This document shows positions 15,379 to 24,214 of a stretch of 64,000 nt of DNA, one piece after another. The position numbers and the translations under genes were made by a program. This DNA is from a virus (Duplodnaviria > Caudoviricetes), in the IMG/VR virus record IMGVR_UViG_3300032218_003786, positions 5,717 to 69,716 of that record; one strand, written 5' to 3'. Within the stretch, counting starts at the first letter, position 1. Each line of letters opens with the position of its first letter. Below the pieces are notes generated by a model. It had not been told where the DNA came from. It did no database searches and saw only the letters and a program-made list of their open reading frames with translations.

Positions 15379-15493
15379 GTTTCTTTGCCTTGGGCTTTTT
15401 CTCAGTTATTTTTGCCTTTGGCTCTTTGCCATCCTTCATGACACGACAAGGGATACAAAAGCACGGCTGCTGGTGATACATTTTTTCAGCCAT
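15365..15493 (-). CDS. Small basic protein with CFCIPC, 42 aa (not in the ORF track)
   Basis: MAEKMYHQQPCFCIPCRVMKDGKEPKAKITEKKPKAKKRAAK; overlapping start and stop. Confidence 0.6.
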   Translation of the reverse strand: MAEKMYHQQPCFCIPCRVMKDGKEPKAKITEKKPKAKKRAAK

Positions 15494-15761
15494 TCTGCTT
15501 GTCCCACTCAACAACATTGCCGTTGTTGTCTATTGGCAAAAGGTCTTCAGTGAATACCCCCGCCGCAATTGCCTCTGCAAAGCCTGCGCGCTGCTTATCG
15601 TTAATTGGAAACGGTCGCCGCCAAGTGAGGACTCCGTTAATCTCTTTGATTGCCCCAATGCGAATCATCCCAAGGAAAATGCTTTGGATGTGCTCTTTCG
15701 GGAAGGTATTGAGGTAGGAGGTGACAAGCGGGTCAACTACGTATTGTTTTGCAGGATACAT
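15486..15761 (-). CDS. Hypothetical protein
   Basis: Directly downstream of the portal gene. Confidence 0.75.
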   Translation of the reverse strand: MYPAKQYVVDPLVTSYLNTFPKEHIQSIFLGMIRIGAIKEINGVLTWRRPFPINDKQRAGFAEAIAAGVFTEDLLPIDNNGNVVEWDKQNG

Positions 15762-15764
15762 AAT

Positions 15765-17942
15765 TCAGTCCTTTTGGCTCTCTAGGATCTTGCCCGACCA
15801 GGACCTTCCTGCGTCGCCGCCCCAGAGTGCCCATGCAATCCTACCAGCAGAAGGATAACCGCTCTCTCCGGGCCCCCAACCCTCACCCTGCTTATCGACT
15901 TCATGCCGAGCAAAGTATGCATGCATTTTCACAATTCTTCCCATAGTCATTCGATTGCCAATAAGCATTCGTGCTGTTCGTTGACCGGGCCCAATGCCAC
16001 CGCGACCAAACTTCTTTCGCCAAATCAAGCCACGCGCTGCTTCTGCTCTTACCTTTGCCGGAACACTAAGGGATGCAGATTTCTCAATCTCTTTTTCCGT
16101 ATCGTCCGGGACCTCGGCTGGGGTCATTGTCTTCACGCCCAGTTTCCGGTATTCGGCTAAGACTGCCTCATCATTTTCAATTGCAAGCGCAACGTGGTCG
16201 CTAGAGATAAGGCCTTTCATAATGCGCTTCTTGTAGGATGGCTGCGATTCATCTGTGTCGCGCATGATTAGTTTGTCGTAGGGAACATCAAAGTTCCCAA
16301 GCATTTTGATGGTTTCCTCGCGCTTGCTTTCGGCTCGCGCGGTTAGGATGTAGATGCGAAAGTCACTGCTCTGATCGAGCAAGAAATCAATCGTTTTTTC
16401 GATTGGTCCCTCACGCGACAAAAGCGTCCCGTCTATGTCTACCGTAATGATCGGATTGTCAGAAGACTTTTCTGATGGCTGTTGGTTCGGTCCCATCTGA
16501 GGATTTTCTGGACGCATGGTTTCCGGGTCAGTCGCATCTTCTGGCGACTGCTCTCCATCTCCGCCGCCAGGCGTGGTGTCTGGGCCGCTCCCATCAGGCC
16601 CTTCGCCATCTGGTCCCTCGTCCTTACCTTCGCCAAGCACATCGTGCTCCAAATACTCAAGGTAGAGAGACATTGGCATGTAGCCCTTTGGCGACATTAC
16701 CCAAATCTCGTTGCCGTATTCGCCAACACCGTCTTGACCGCGCTCCTTCAGCGCGTCGTTCAGGCGCAGCCACGGAAGACCGCCGAGTGCTGCCTTGTAG
16801 TACTCGGACATCGCAGACTGGCTACTTCGACCGAGTTCCGTGTAAGAGAATCGCAACGTGTCATCAAAACGCCACACAATCTCCCTAGTCAAGTACTCAG
16901 CAATAAGGTCAAGAAGCGGGGCAATGCCGTTGTCTGCAGTGAATGCTGCCCCAACCTCCGCAGTGCTCTTGTTGATATCAAAGGAAATGCCGATGTCTTG
17001 TGGCTGAACTCCAAACACCGCACAAATTTTCCGCGCCAGATAGATCTGCCATTCCATAAATTGCATGTCGCGGTTCGAGGCGCCAAGCGGCGTCCACTTA
17101 ACACCCTTGCCGCCACCGACAATGGCAACCATGCTCTTGCCACCAATCTCCGCTTCCCAATACGTCTTGAACTGGTCTACCTGATCAGGGCGGATGCCTT
17201 CTCCAAGATCAATGATGCCCGGAGGCGCTGCCTGCATAACCGACTTTGAATTGTACGAAGCAGCAGCAAGATCCGCCTCAATTGTCTCTGCAAGCACTTC
17301 AAGCGGCGAGAGGCCCAGGGGAGAATACGTAACCGGGTTGTGAATCAGAACAATCATTTCGTCATTGCAGTACTCGGCAACAATTTTTCCAGCCTGGTCT
17401 AGTTCAAAGTACCGAGGCTTCTTCTGATCCGATCCGTCCCAGTCCTTGTCGAAGGCAATCCAACCAGCATCTTTAGGCCAAAGGTTTGCAATTTTCTTTG
17501 TCCCTGTGCCGGCGCGCGCACCGCGCGTCAACTCAACCTCAATAACGCCTTGGTCCAAAACAAGCAGGTCTTCAACAATTGGCTCAATAAATGAGCGGAA
17601 AGAATCGCCACGCGTATTTGGTCGACGGAATAGTTTTCTTAGTTCAGCAACAATTTTTGCATTTGGAACTGAATCTCCGTCGAGATCAACAATGTCCCAT
17701 TTTGCACGGCTTACTTGTGAGCGGCGAAGATTGATTGCCGCGCGAAGCCACGGGTTAGTTCGCGACCAACGGCGCAACTGTTGAACACTGCGCTTCATTA
17801 CGCCGCCCTGCCCCGCCGCCGCGCGAGCGTATGGAGCGGTATCCCAGTCAGGAATAATTGCTGGCTCAGCCTTTGGCGTAGTTACAACTTGGCCGCTTCT
17901 TCCCAAGATGCGGTCAAGGATGCTTGGTTGCTGATCAGCCAT
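15765..17942 (-). CDS. Portal protein fused to a HAD phosphatase domain and a C-terminal uncharacterised domain
   Basis: HK97-type portal pattern (GLSPLE, ICAVFGVQP, LRLNDA); DIDGT HAD motif; MHAYFARHEVDK...GRIAWALWGG domain. Confidence 0.88.
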   Translation of the reverse strand: MADQQPSILDRILGRSGQVVTTPKAEPAIIPDWDTAPYARAAAGQGGVMKRSVQQLRRWSRTNPWLRAAINLRRSQVSRAKWDIVDLDGDSVPNAKIVAELRKLFRRPNTRGDSFRSFIEPIVEDLLVLDQGVIEVELTRGARAGTGTKKIANLWPKDAGWIAFDKDWDGSDQKKPRYFELDQAGKIVAEYCNDEMIVLIHNPVTYSPLGLSPLEVLAETIEADLAAASYNSKSVMQAAPPGIIDLGEGIRPDQVDQFKTYWEAEIGGKSMVAIVGGGKGVKWTPLGASNRDMQFMEWQIYLARKICAVFGVQPQDIGISFDINKSTAEVGAAFTADNGIAPLLDLIAEYLTREIVWRFDDTLRFSYTELGRSSQSAMSEYYKAALGGLPWLRLNDALKERGQDGVGEYGNEIWVMSPKGYMPMSLYLEYLEHDVLGEGKDEGPDGEGPDGSGPDTTPGGGDGEQSPEDATDPETMRPENPQMGPNQQPSEKSSDNPIITVDIDGTLLSREGPIEKTIDFLLDQSSDFRIYILTARAESKREETIKMLGNFDVPYDKLIMRDTDESQPSYKKRIMKGLISSDHVALAIENDEAVLAEYRKLGVKTMTPAEVPDDTEKEIEKSASLSVPAKVRAEAARGLIWRKKFGRGGIGPGQRTARMLIGNRMTMGRIVKMHAYFARHEVDKQGEGWGPGESGYPSAGRIAWALWGGDAGRSWSGKILESQKD

Positions 17943-18166
17943 TATCTTGTTCCCCTTCGGTGTTGCCGCAATGCGGTCTGCCAAACGCCATTCAGCATGT
18001 CTGAATTAATCATGTCTCTAGTTTCGGCAAGGGTGCTCATTACAACCGGCTTGCCATCTTCGTATGTTACTGGACGCATGCAAGCGTACCTTGCCCACCA
18101 TTTTGGCACAACGAAGAGCCCATCTGTGAATTTGCACTCCATGGTTCCTTCAATGTCGAAACCCAC
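17942..18166 (-). CDS. Hypothetical protein
   Basis: GAGGAG RBS, GTG start; stop overlaps the portal start. Confidence 0.6.
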   Translation of the reverse strand: MGFDIEGTMECKFTDGLFVVPKWWARYACMRPVTYEDGKPVVMSTLAETRDMINSDMLNGVWQTALRQHRRGTR

Positions 18167-18168
18167 TG

Positions 18169-18582
18169 TTACTCCTCGTCTTCTAGGTCCTCGTGTAATT
18201 TGGGCTCTTCCCAATGCTCCGGGGCAAGTTCGGCGCCAGCGCTGTCCTCCCCCAGCATTTCCTCTACCTCAATGCTGTACTTCTGCCTTTGCGGCACACT
18301 CATCTTAGCCTTGTGGAGGTCAACGTAGCAAGTTTCGCAAACCATATAGCGCCTCTGCCCCTTTGCCCTAGGGACCATCGGCTCTGGGACAAGCGCATTC
18401 TCCAGATGGTTAGGTCCGGTCAAAATAGTGCAACTAGCGCACTTTGGATGTGCTGCCTTGTTTGCTATATATTCTTTAAATACTGGTTGCGCCTGCTTTT
18501 GAAGTCGGCGAAGCAAAAGGGTTAGTTCTTTCAGTTTTGCTTCGGTTTCATTAATTTGGTCGCAAAGTGGGCATATGGACAT
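18169..18582 (-). CDS. Hypothetical protein with three CxxC pairs
   Basis: CPLC, CASC, CETC; first gene of the leftward operon. Confidence 0.75.
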   Translation of the reverse strand: MSICPLCDQINETEAKLKELTLLLRRLQKQAQPVFKEYIANKAAHPKCASCTILTGPNHLENALVPEPMVPRAKGQRRYMVCETCYVDLHKAKMSVPQRQKYSIEVEEMLGEDSAGAELAPEHWEEPKLHEDLEDEE

Positions 18583-18796
18583 GGTGTAATATTAGCACAT
18601 TGAAGATATTACGGGATGTTTAGTGTGTTTCACGTGAAACGAAGCAAATAAAGGTTTGCATATGTTTCACCCCTTGTAATATGCTTTTACAAAGATGTAT
18701 GATCTTCAGGCAGACGGTTCTGCACTTGTGCAAATGTTAGATGATATAGAGATAGAAACGGCCCTTTGAGCCGTCACTCCAGCCCAAGGGGGAACC
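18583..18796. promoter_or_regulatory. AT-rich divergent promoter region
   Basis: Strand switch; TGcTAATAT extended -10 on the - strand near 18588-18596. Confidence 0.6.
18626..18641. promoter_or_regulatory. parS-like palindrome
   Basis: TGTTTCACGTGAAACG, 15/16 match to the bacterial parS consensus TGTTTCACGTGAAACA. Confidence 0.8.
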
Positions 18797-20566
18797 ATGG
18801 ACTTTAAACTCTTTACTGGAACACTTAAGGCTTATGAGACGGCAAGCGGAGATCGATACGTTTCCGGCACGACCTCTTCTACCATCCGCGACCTGCACGG
18901 CGACGAAATGTCAATGAACGCGCTAAAGAGCATGTGCGACACCGCCAAGCAGAACATGACTGTGTTCCTTAACCATAATTACAATGTGCCAGAGGATCTA
19001 TTCGGCTCTGCCACAGATGCCCGCATTGTCAAGCGCCGCGACGTTGAGACCGGCGAAGAGGTCTACGACCTCGATATTGACGTGAAGGTATGCCCAGAAG
19101 ACGAGAACCCACAGGCAATGCAGGCGTACCGTGCAATTAAGCGCGGCGTCAAATTGGGTCTTTCGATTGGCGCCCGGGTTGAGACTGCAGACAAGAAGCG
19201 CGACGACAAGTCGGGGCTTGACACCTACGTGATCGACAAGGTTCGCCTCCTCGAGGCAAGCGTTGTTGGCATTCCTGCAAATCAGCGCTCCTATCTTCAT
19301 AACGCGGTAAAGAGCCTTCGTGGCAACGCGACAGACGGCGAGCCAGAGCACACCGTAATCCGAGACCTTACCGATGCTACAAAGGCAGTAGAGATTGAGG
19401 GGCAGCAGGCTGCCGAAAGGGCGCCACTTGTTGGTGCCCTATATGTCCTGCTTTCCGAAGCAACATCGTTCTATCACAAAGCGCATGGCGCCCACTGGAA
19501 CGTTGTTGGGGAAAATTTTTCCGCGTATCACAAACTGTTTAAGAAGATTTATGAGGACGCACACGAGTCCCTAGATCCGATTGCAGAGAATCTTCGCAAG
19601 TTGAATTCACCGGCACCTGCCGAGTTGAAAGATCTTGCAGAGATGGCCAACGAGACCTCGCGCTCGGAAGGCTATGATGCGGAAGCCCTGGCGGCAGATC
19701 TTTATGCTGCTAACGAAAAGTTGATTGAGAACATTATGGTTGCCTTTAAGGCCGCCATCGATCTCAATGAGCAGGGTATTGCTAACTTCCTGGCAGAGCG
19801 TCAGGATCAGCACAAGAAGTGGTCTTGGCAGTTGCGCGCCTCTTTGGCGCCCGAGGCCGAGGACCAGAATGAAGCAGAAATGGAGAAAAGTATGACTGAA
19901 GAGATTGCCCCGCAGGCTGAAGAGGTAGCGCCAGCCGCTCCTGAAGCAGTCGAGCCGGCTGAGGCCATTGAGCCAGCAGCCGACGAGCCACAGGTTGAGG
20001 CCGTTGAGCCTGCAGCCGAAGAGTACCGAGAAGTCTCGGACGCTGATGTTGAGGAAGTGCGAGCCTCAGCAGATAGCAATCGCCGCGCCCTTGAGCGTGG
20101 CGAGCCCGTAGCGCAAGCAGTTGTGGCGCCTGTAGAGGCCCCTGCTGAGCCGGAGGCCGTTGAGCCTCCCGCAGATGCTGCGGTAATTGATGCGGTTGTC
20201 GAGGAGCCTGCCGTTGAGGCTGCTCCCGAAGGCCTGGGCGAAGAGCCCGTAATTGAGGGCGAGGAAGTTTCCGAGAAGTCTGCCGACGTGGACCTCCTGG
20301 AGATTGTTGCCCTTGCCAAGTCTGCACTTGATGCAGCCGTTGCTTCACAGCAGGAGGTGGATGCCCTGAAGATTCAGGTCACCGAACTGTCGGAAGCCAA
20401 GGCCAAGGTCGAAGGCGATTTGGAAAATGCGCACAACATCATTAACCGCTTGTCGGTTGAGGGTGTTGGCCGCAAGACTGTGTCCAAGCAAACGGATGAA
20501 GTGAAGGGCAGCGATGCCCGATGGCTTCACCCCTATATCCAGGGCGTCCTTGACGCCCAGGAGTAA
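18797..20566 (+). CDS. Prohead protease fused to a Dps/ferritin domain and an acidic scaffold region
   Basis: DLHGDEM, NHNY, GLSIG, LLEASVVGIPAN (protease); HWNVVGENF...H...DPIAE (Dps). Confidence 0.9.
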   Translation: MDFKLFTGTLKAYETASGDRYVSGTTSSTIRDLHGDEMSMNALKSMCDTAKQNMTVFLNHNYNVPEDLFGSATDARIVKRRDVETGEEVYDLDIDVKVCPEDENPQAMQAYRAIKRGVKLGLSIGARVETADKKRDDKSGLDTYVIDKVRLLEASVVGIPANQRSYLHNAVKSLRGNATDGEPEHTVIRDLTDATKAVEIEGQQAAERAPLVGALYVLLSEATSFYHKAHGAHWNVVGENFSAYHKLFKKIYEDAHESLDPIAENLRKLNSPAPAELKDLAEMANETSRSEGYDAEALAADLYAANEKLIENIMVAFKAAIDLNEQGIANFLAERQDQHKKWSWQLRASLAPEAEDQNEAEMEKSMTEEIAPQAEEVAPAAPEAVEPAEAIEPAADEPQVEAVEPAAEEYREVSDADVEEVRASADSNRRALERGEPVAQAVVAPVEAPAEPEAVEPPADAAVIDAVVEEPAVEAAPEGLGEEPVIEGEEVSEKSADVDLLEIVALAKSALDAAVASQQEVDALKIQVTELSEAKAKVEGDLENAHNIINRLSVEGVGRKTVSKQTDEVKGSDARWLHPYIQGVLDAQE

Positions 20567-20577
20567 CGGAGAAAATC

Positions 20578-21810
20578 ATGAGTGAGATTAACGAGAAGTT
20601 GCAGGAACTGGAGAAGGGGCTTGATGCCTTGAACTCCGGTTCCGTCGTGGGCAAGGATAACGCCCCGACAGAGCGTTCGTATAACGCTACCGATGCAGCC
20701 GTTCTTCAGCGCGAACTTCGCAAGAAGTTCTCAAAGATGAACAGCAGCGAAGTTACAGAGATGCTCGACATTCAGGCCCAGCGCGACGGTGGGAAGCAGG
20801 CTTCTTCGGACGTCCTGAATCAGTTGGCAACTGCCAACCCTAACATCGCAAAGTTGCTTGATGCCAGCGGTGGTGCTGCCCTTATTCGTCAGGACTTGGA
20901 GCCAATGCTCTACGCCCTGTTCGTTAAGAAGTTCCCTGCTTGGGAGCGAGTTCGCAAGGAGCCAGCAAACGGCCTGGTTCACGCTTACAATCGCCAGACC
21001 TCGTATGGTGATGCAGTATTCCAGACCGAGTTGGGAACCGTGACCGATGACGTTAACGTCTACAGTCGCCAGACCACCAACGTTGCAGTACTCGCCACCC
21101 GCCGTGGTATTTCGCTTAAGTCGCAGTTCGCTATCCAGGCGGGCGGCATGCCGTACAACGGCCTTGCTACCGAGTTGGCTGGCGGCGTGACCGCGATTGC
21201 GCACAAGTTGCAGAAGACCCTCTTCCAGGGAAACGCCTCGACTTCAACGTCGGCCGGCGCAACCACGGAAATTGGTGCTTTTGATGCAAACGGTTTTGAC
21301 GGGCTGCGCAAGCACCTCGGCTCTGCCGCTGCTGCTGGGAACGGAATCGTAGCCAAGGGTTCATCCTCGTATACGGCTGCTATCAACGAAGCCGTTGCTG
21401 GCATCCTGAACAACGGTGGTAACCCTTCGGCTGTGTATTTGAGCCCAACGGATCATGCTGCATACACGAACGAGTTGCTCAGCATCATTCGCTACCCAGG
21501 TGGTGGTGAAGTGGGCTCGGCAGGACTCGGCATTGGTGGCGTTGCCACCCCGGCCGGCGTTCTTCCATTGCTCGCAGTTGCCGGTGATTCGATTGGCGCG
21601 TACGCGATTTCTGGGACCGACTACCGAGACATTTACGTTGTTGACGAAGATGTCTGGTCGATGCCATTCCTTGGCAACGACTCGATCACCACGCTGGAGA
21701 TTCCAGTTGGTGTCGCTGGTGCGTTGACCCGCCTGTACATTCAGTTTGTAATGACGGGCCTTTCGAATAAGGCTCCTCAGTTCAACGCAAAGATCCGCGT
21801 TACGGTCTAA
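20578..21810 (+). CDS. Major capsid protein
   Basis: Position after the protease; 410 aa; RQDLE motif; strong terminator follows. Confidence 0.85.
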   Translation: MSEINEKLQELEKGLDALNSGSVVGKDNAPTERSYNATDAAVLQRELRKKFSKMNSSEVTEMLDIQAQRDGGKQASSDVLNQLATANPNIAKLLDASGGAALIRQDLEPMLYALFVKKFPAWERVRKEPANGLVHAYNRQTSYGDAVFQTELGTVTDDVNVYSRQTTNVAVLATRRGISLKSQFAIQAGGMPYNGLATELAGGVTAIAHKLQKTLFQGNASTSTSAGATTEIGAFDANGFDGLRKHLGSAAAAGNGIVAKGSSSYTAAINEAVAGILNNGGNPSAVYLSPTDHAAYTNELLSIIRYPGGGEVGSAGLGIGGVATPAGVLPLLAVAGDSIGAYAISGTDYRDIYVVDEDVWSMPFLGNDSITTLEIPVGVAGALTRLYIQFVMTGLSNKAPQFNAKIRVTV

Positions 21811-21831
21811 TCCGTAATTAGGTTCTATTCA

Positions 21832-21861
21832 AGAAGGGCCGGGCTTAGGCCCGGCCCTTCT
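21832..21861 (+). terminator. Hairpin terminator after the capsid gene
   Basis: agaagggccgggc-ttag-gcccggcccttct. Confidence 0.75.
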
Positions 21862-21880
21862 GGTTATTAAGGAGATTAAA

Positions 21881-22210
21881 ATGGCAGAGAAGAAGTACAT
21901 CGACGAGAATGGTAACTACCTGGACCCTATGGCAAAGGCAAGCGTCCAAGAGGCGGGGGCCGCCCTTGCGGGGCGCATCATCAAAAACACAACTGAAGAG
22001 CGCATTAGTCCGCAGTCCCTTATCCGTATGTGGATAGAGGGTGTTGGGGATGCAAGAGTCGGTATGAGCGACGGAACTTTTTATCAGTTTGTGAATGATG
22101 AATGCAACGTATGGGGCAAGCATCTTGACGAGATGCTTGGACTTGGCGCCAAGCGCATCAAGCAGGATCGTGGTCAATTTAACCGAGTTGTTGCCGAAGA
22201 TAACCGGTAA
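21881..22210 (+). CDS. Hypothetical protein in the head module
   Basis: AAGGAG RBS. Confidence 0.8.
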   Translation: MAEKKYIDENGNYLDPMAKASVQEAGAALAGRIIKNTTEERISPQSLIRMWIEGVGDARVGMSDGTFYQFVNDECNVWGKHLDEMLGLGAKRIKQDRGQFNRVVAEDNR

Positions 22211-22284
22211 CAAATAGCCAGACCGTGTCCAATGCAGGGTCAGCCCTCATGGACGCGGTCTGACGTTTCCCGTAGACTTGAGGC

Positions 22285-23199
22285 ATGATAAAACTATCAA
22301 TTCCCGTTCCAGACATTGCAGCAACCATAGGCACCTACACCCATATACAGATTGGCCGGGCCGCTAGTTCTGCCGAAGCAACAACGCGTACTGGTTCATT
22401 TGTAAATCTTGGGGCAGTTGTGCCGCTTACTGCAATAGTAAGCGCCTATGACTACTACGATGACACTGCTCCGGTAAATCAATGGCACACATACCGGTTT
22501 TCTAATAGCACCGGGACCTCTGGTGGATCCTGGTCTGCTGCTTTCAGGGGGCTGGAGATTGGCTACATTACCGTTGATGAATTCCGTTCGTATGAGATGG
22601 GCCTTCTTGATGGCCCTGACGGGGCAGACATAGGGAATAGGAAAATTGAACGTTTCATCAAGGTTGCAAGCAGCCTTATTGACAACTATACCCAGCAATC
22701 GTTCCAATATCGACAAGATACAGAAAAGCACAAATGGAACATGGCAACGCGAAGAATATATCCCTACCGACGGCCAATTTCCTCGCTTGTTGCACTAGAT
22801 GTTTTTGTAAGCAACCAGCAATCTGCAGCATTTAATGTATCTGATGTGTTTGTCAATAAAGACAGAAATTATTTTGAAATTACCAGCCTTGCAACTGTTA
22901 CCTACTCGCTATTTCCAGTAATGATTGGCCTTGGTCTGATAGAGCCAGTTGCAGTCGTTACGTATATCAGCGGATATGAAGTTGTTCCAAACGATGTCAA
23001 GGATGCAACTGCAATTATTACAGCACATCTCCTTGCCGAAGACGCCCTTGATAAGCAGGCAATGGGGGCAATGAGCGAATTGACCGTTGGGAGCATGAGT
23101 ATGAAGCGGCATAGGGCAGCGCCGGGAGTTAAGTACGATGGAATCCCTGGGCCGGCGGCAGCAATCCTTGACCAATATGTTGGGGCAAACATTCGATGA
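22285..23199 (+). CDS. Head-tail connector / head completion protein
   Basis: ASSLIDNYT, YISGYEVVPNDVKDAT, AILDQY pattern; synteny. Confidence 0.8.
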   Translation: MIKLSIPVPDIAATIGTYTHIQIGRAASSAEATTRTGSFVNLGAVVPLTAIVSAYDYYDDTAPVNQWHTYRFSNSTGTSGGSWSAAFRGLEIGYITVDEFRSYEMGLLDGPDGADIGNRKIERFIKVASSLIDNYTQQSFQYRQDTEKHKWNMATRRIYPYRRPISSLVALDVFVSNQQSAAFNVSDVFVNKDRNYFEITSLATVTYSLFPVMIGLGLIEPVAVVTYISGYEVVPNDVKDATAIITAHLLAEDALDKQAMGAMSELTVGSMSMKRHRAAPGVKYDGIPGPAAAILDQYVGANIR

Positions 23200-23534
23200 G
23201 TCTTCCTGGTTTTAATAGCGTTGTTACAATTAAACGAGTTTCTCAAACTGGGCATTCTGCCGCTGGCGATCCCGTTGTTGCCCTATCTACCGTCTGGGTT
23301 GGCAGGGGACATTATCAGCCTGAAAACAAGACTTCTGTTAATCAGTTGTACACCGATACCGGCCAAGCAGCAGAGGCAAGGTATTTGTTTTTTATCCCGT
23401 ACCTGACCGGAGAAAAGGAGCCAACAATGACCGATCTTGTTGAGGCAGACGGCTATCAGTATCAAATAGATGAGATCCGACGCGAAGGACTCAAACACCA
23501 TATTGTCCTGGGGGCAAAGAGGGTAGACCGGTAA
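23196..23534 (+). CDS. Head-closure / adaptor protein
   Basis: Size, synteny, DLVEADGYQYQI. Confidence 0.7.
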   Translation: MSLPGFNSVVTIKRVSQTGHSAAGDPVVALSTVWVGRGHYQPENKTSVNQLYTDTGQAAEARYLFFIPYLTGEKEPTMTDLVEADGYQYQIDEIRREGLKHHIVLGAKRVDR

Positions 23535-24214
23535 TGGGCAATCCGAATTTTCGCTATGGGGCAAGGGCAACATCGCTAGGTAGCCTTATTAAATTCAGGG
23601 GCGACACCACGGAGTTGCAGAAAACCTCTGAGGCGCTCAAGCGGACATCTGCGGCACTGCGAGAGATTGGCGGCAACCGGAAGGCCCTTATGCTTTATGT
23701 TGCCAGCAAGTCTAATTACATGGAAGAGTTGCGAAACGTCTGGATTGAGGCCCTGTATGGCCCGGGGGCAATGACATCCTGGTATCAAAAGACGCGCCCA
23801 GCCTTCCTTAAAGGTATTGCCGGCAAACCCGAGGCGGGCGTTCCAGTAGATACCGGGGCGCTTCAGGACTCCCTGACTACTCCAGATTCTGAGGGCGCTA
23901 TCCATGACGTCTTTATCTCACGGGATGGGAAATTAACTTTTAGATACGGCGCAGCACCTGAGAGGAAGTGGAACTTTGACGACTCCCCATCGTACGTTCG
24001 TGGGGAGCGCGGAGAAGAGGTTAGCGAAGACGACGGGGACACCACATACATCGACGAGATCAACTCGTGGTACTCCGAAGGGGGGGTTGGATTCTTCGAG
24101 GTTGGCCTTGAGGCAATGGGCAGGAGCGCAAGGCTAACTAAGGCTCGGGATCAAATAGGCGCGATACTCTCTCGTGCGGCGCGGGAGTTTATTGCAGAGA
24201 GAGTTCGACGCTAG
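23534..24214 (+). CDS. Tail completion protein (HK97 gp10-like)
   Basis: PVDTGALQDS motif; synteny. Confidence 0.7.
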   Translation: MGNPNFRYGARATSLGSLIKFRGDTTELQKTSEALKRTSAALREIGGNRKALMLYVASKSNYMEELRNVWIEALYGPGAMTSWYQKTRPAFLKGIAGKPEAGVPVDTGALQDSLTTPDSEGAIHDVFISRDGKLTFRYGAAPERKWNFDDSPSYVRGERGEEVSEDDGDTTYIDEINSWYSEGGVGFFEVGLEAMGRSARLTKARDQIGAILSRAAREFIAERVRR

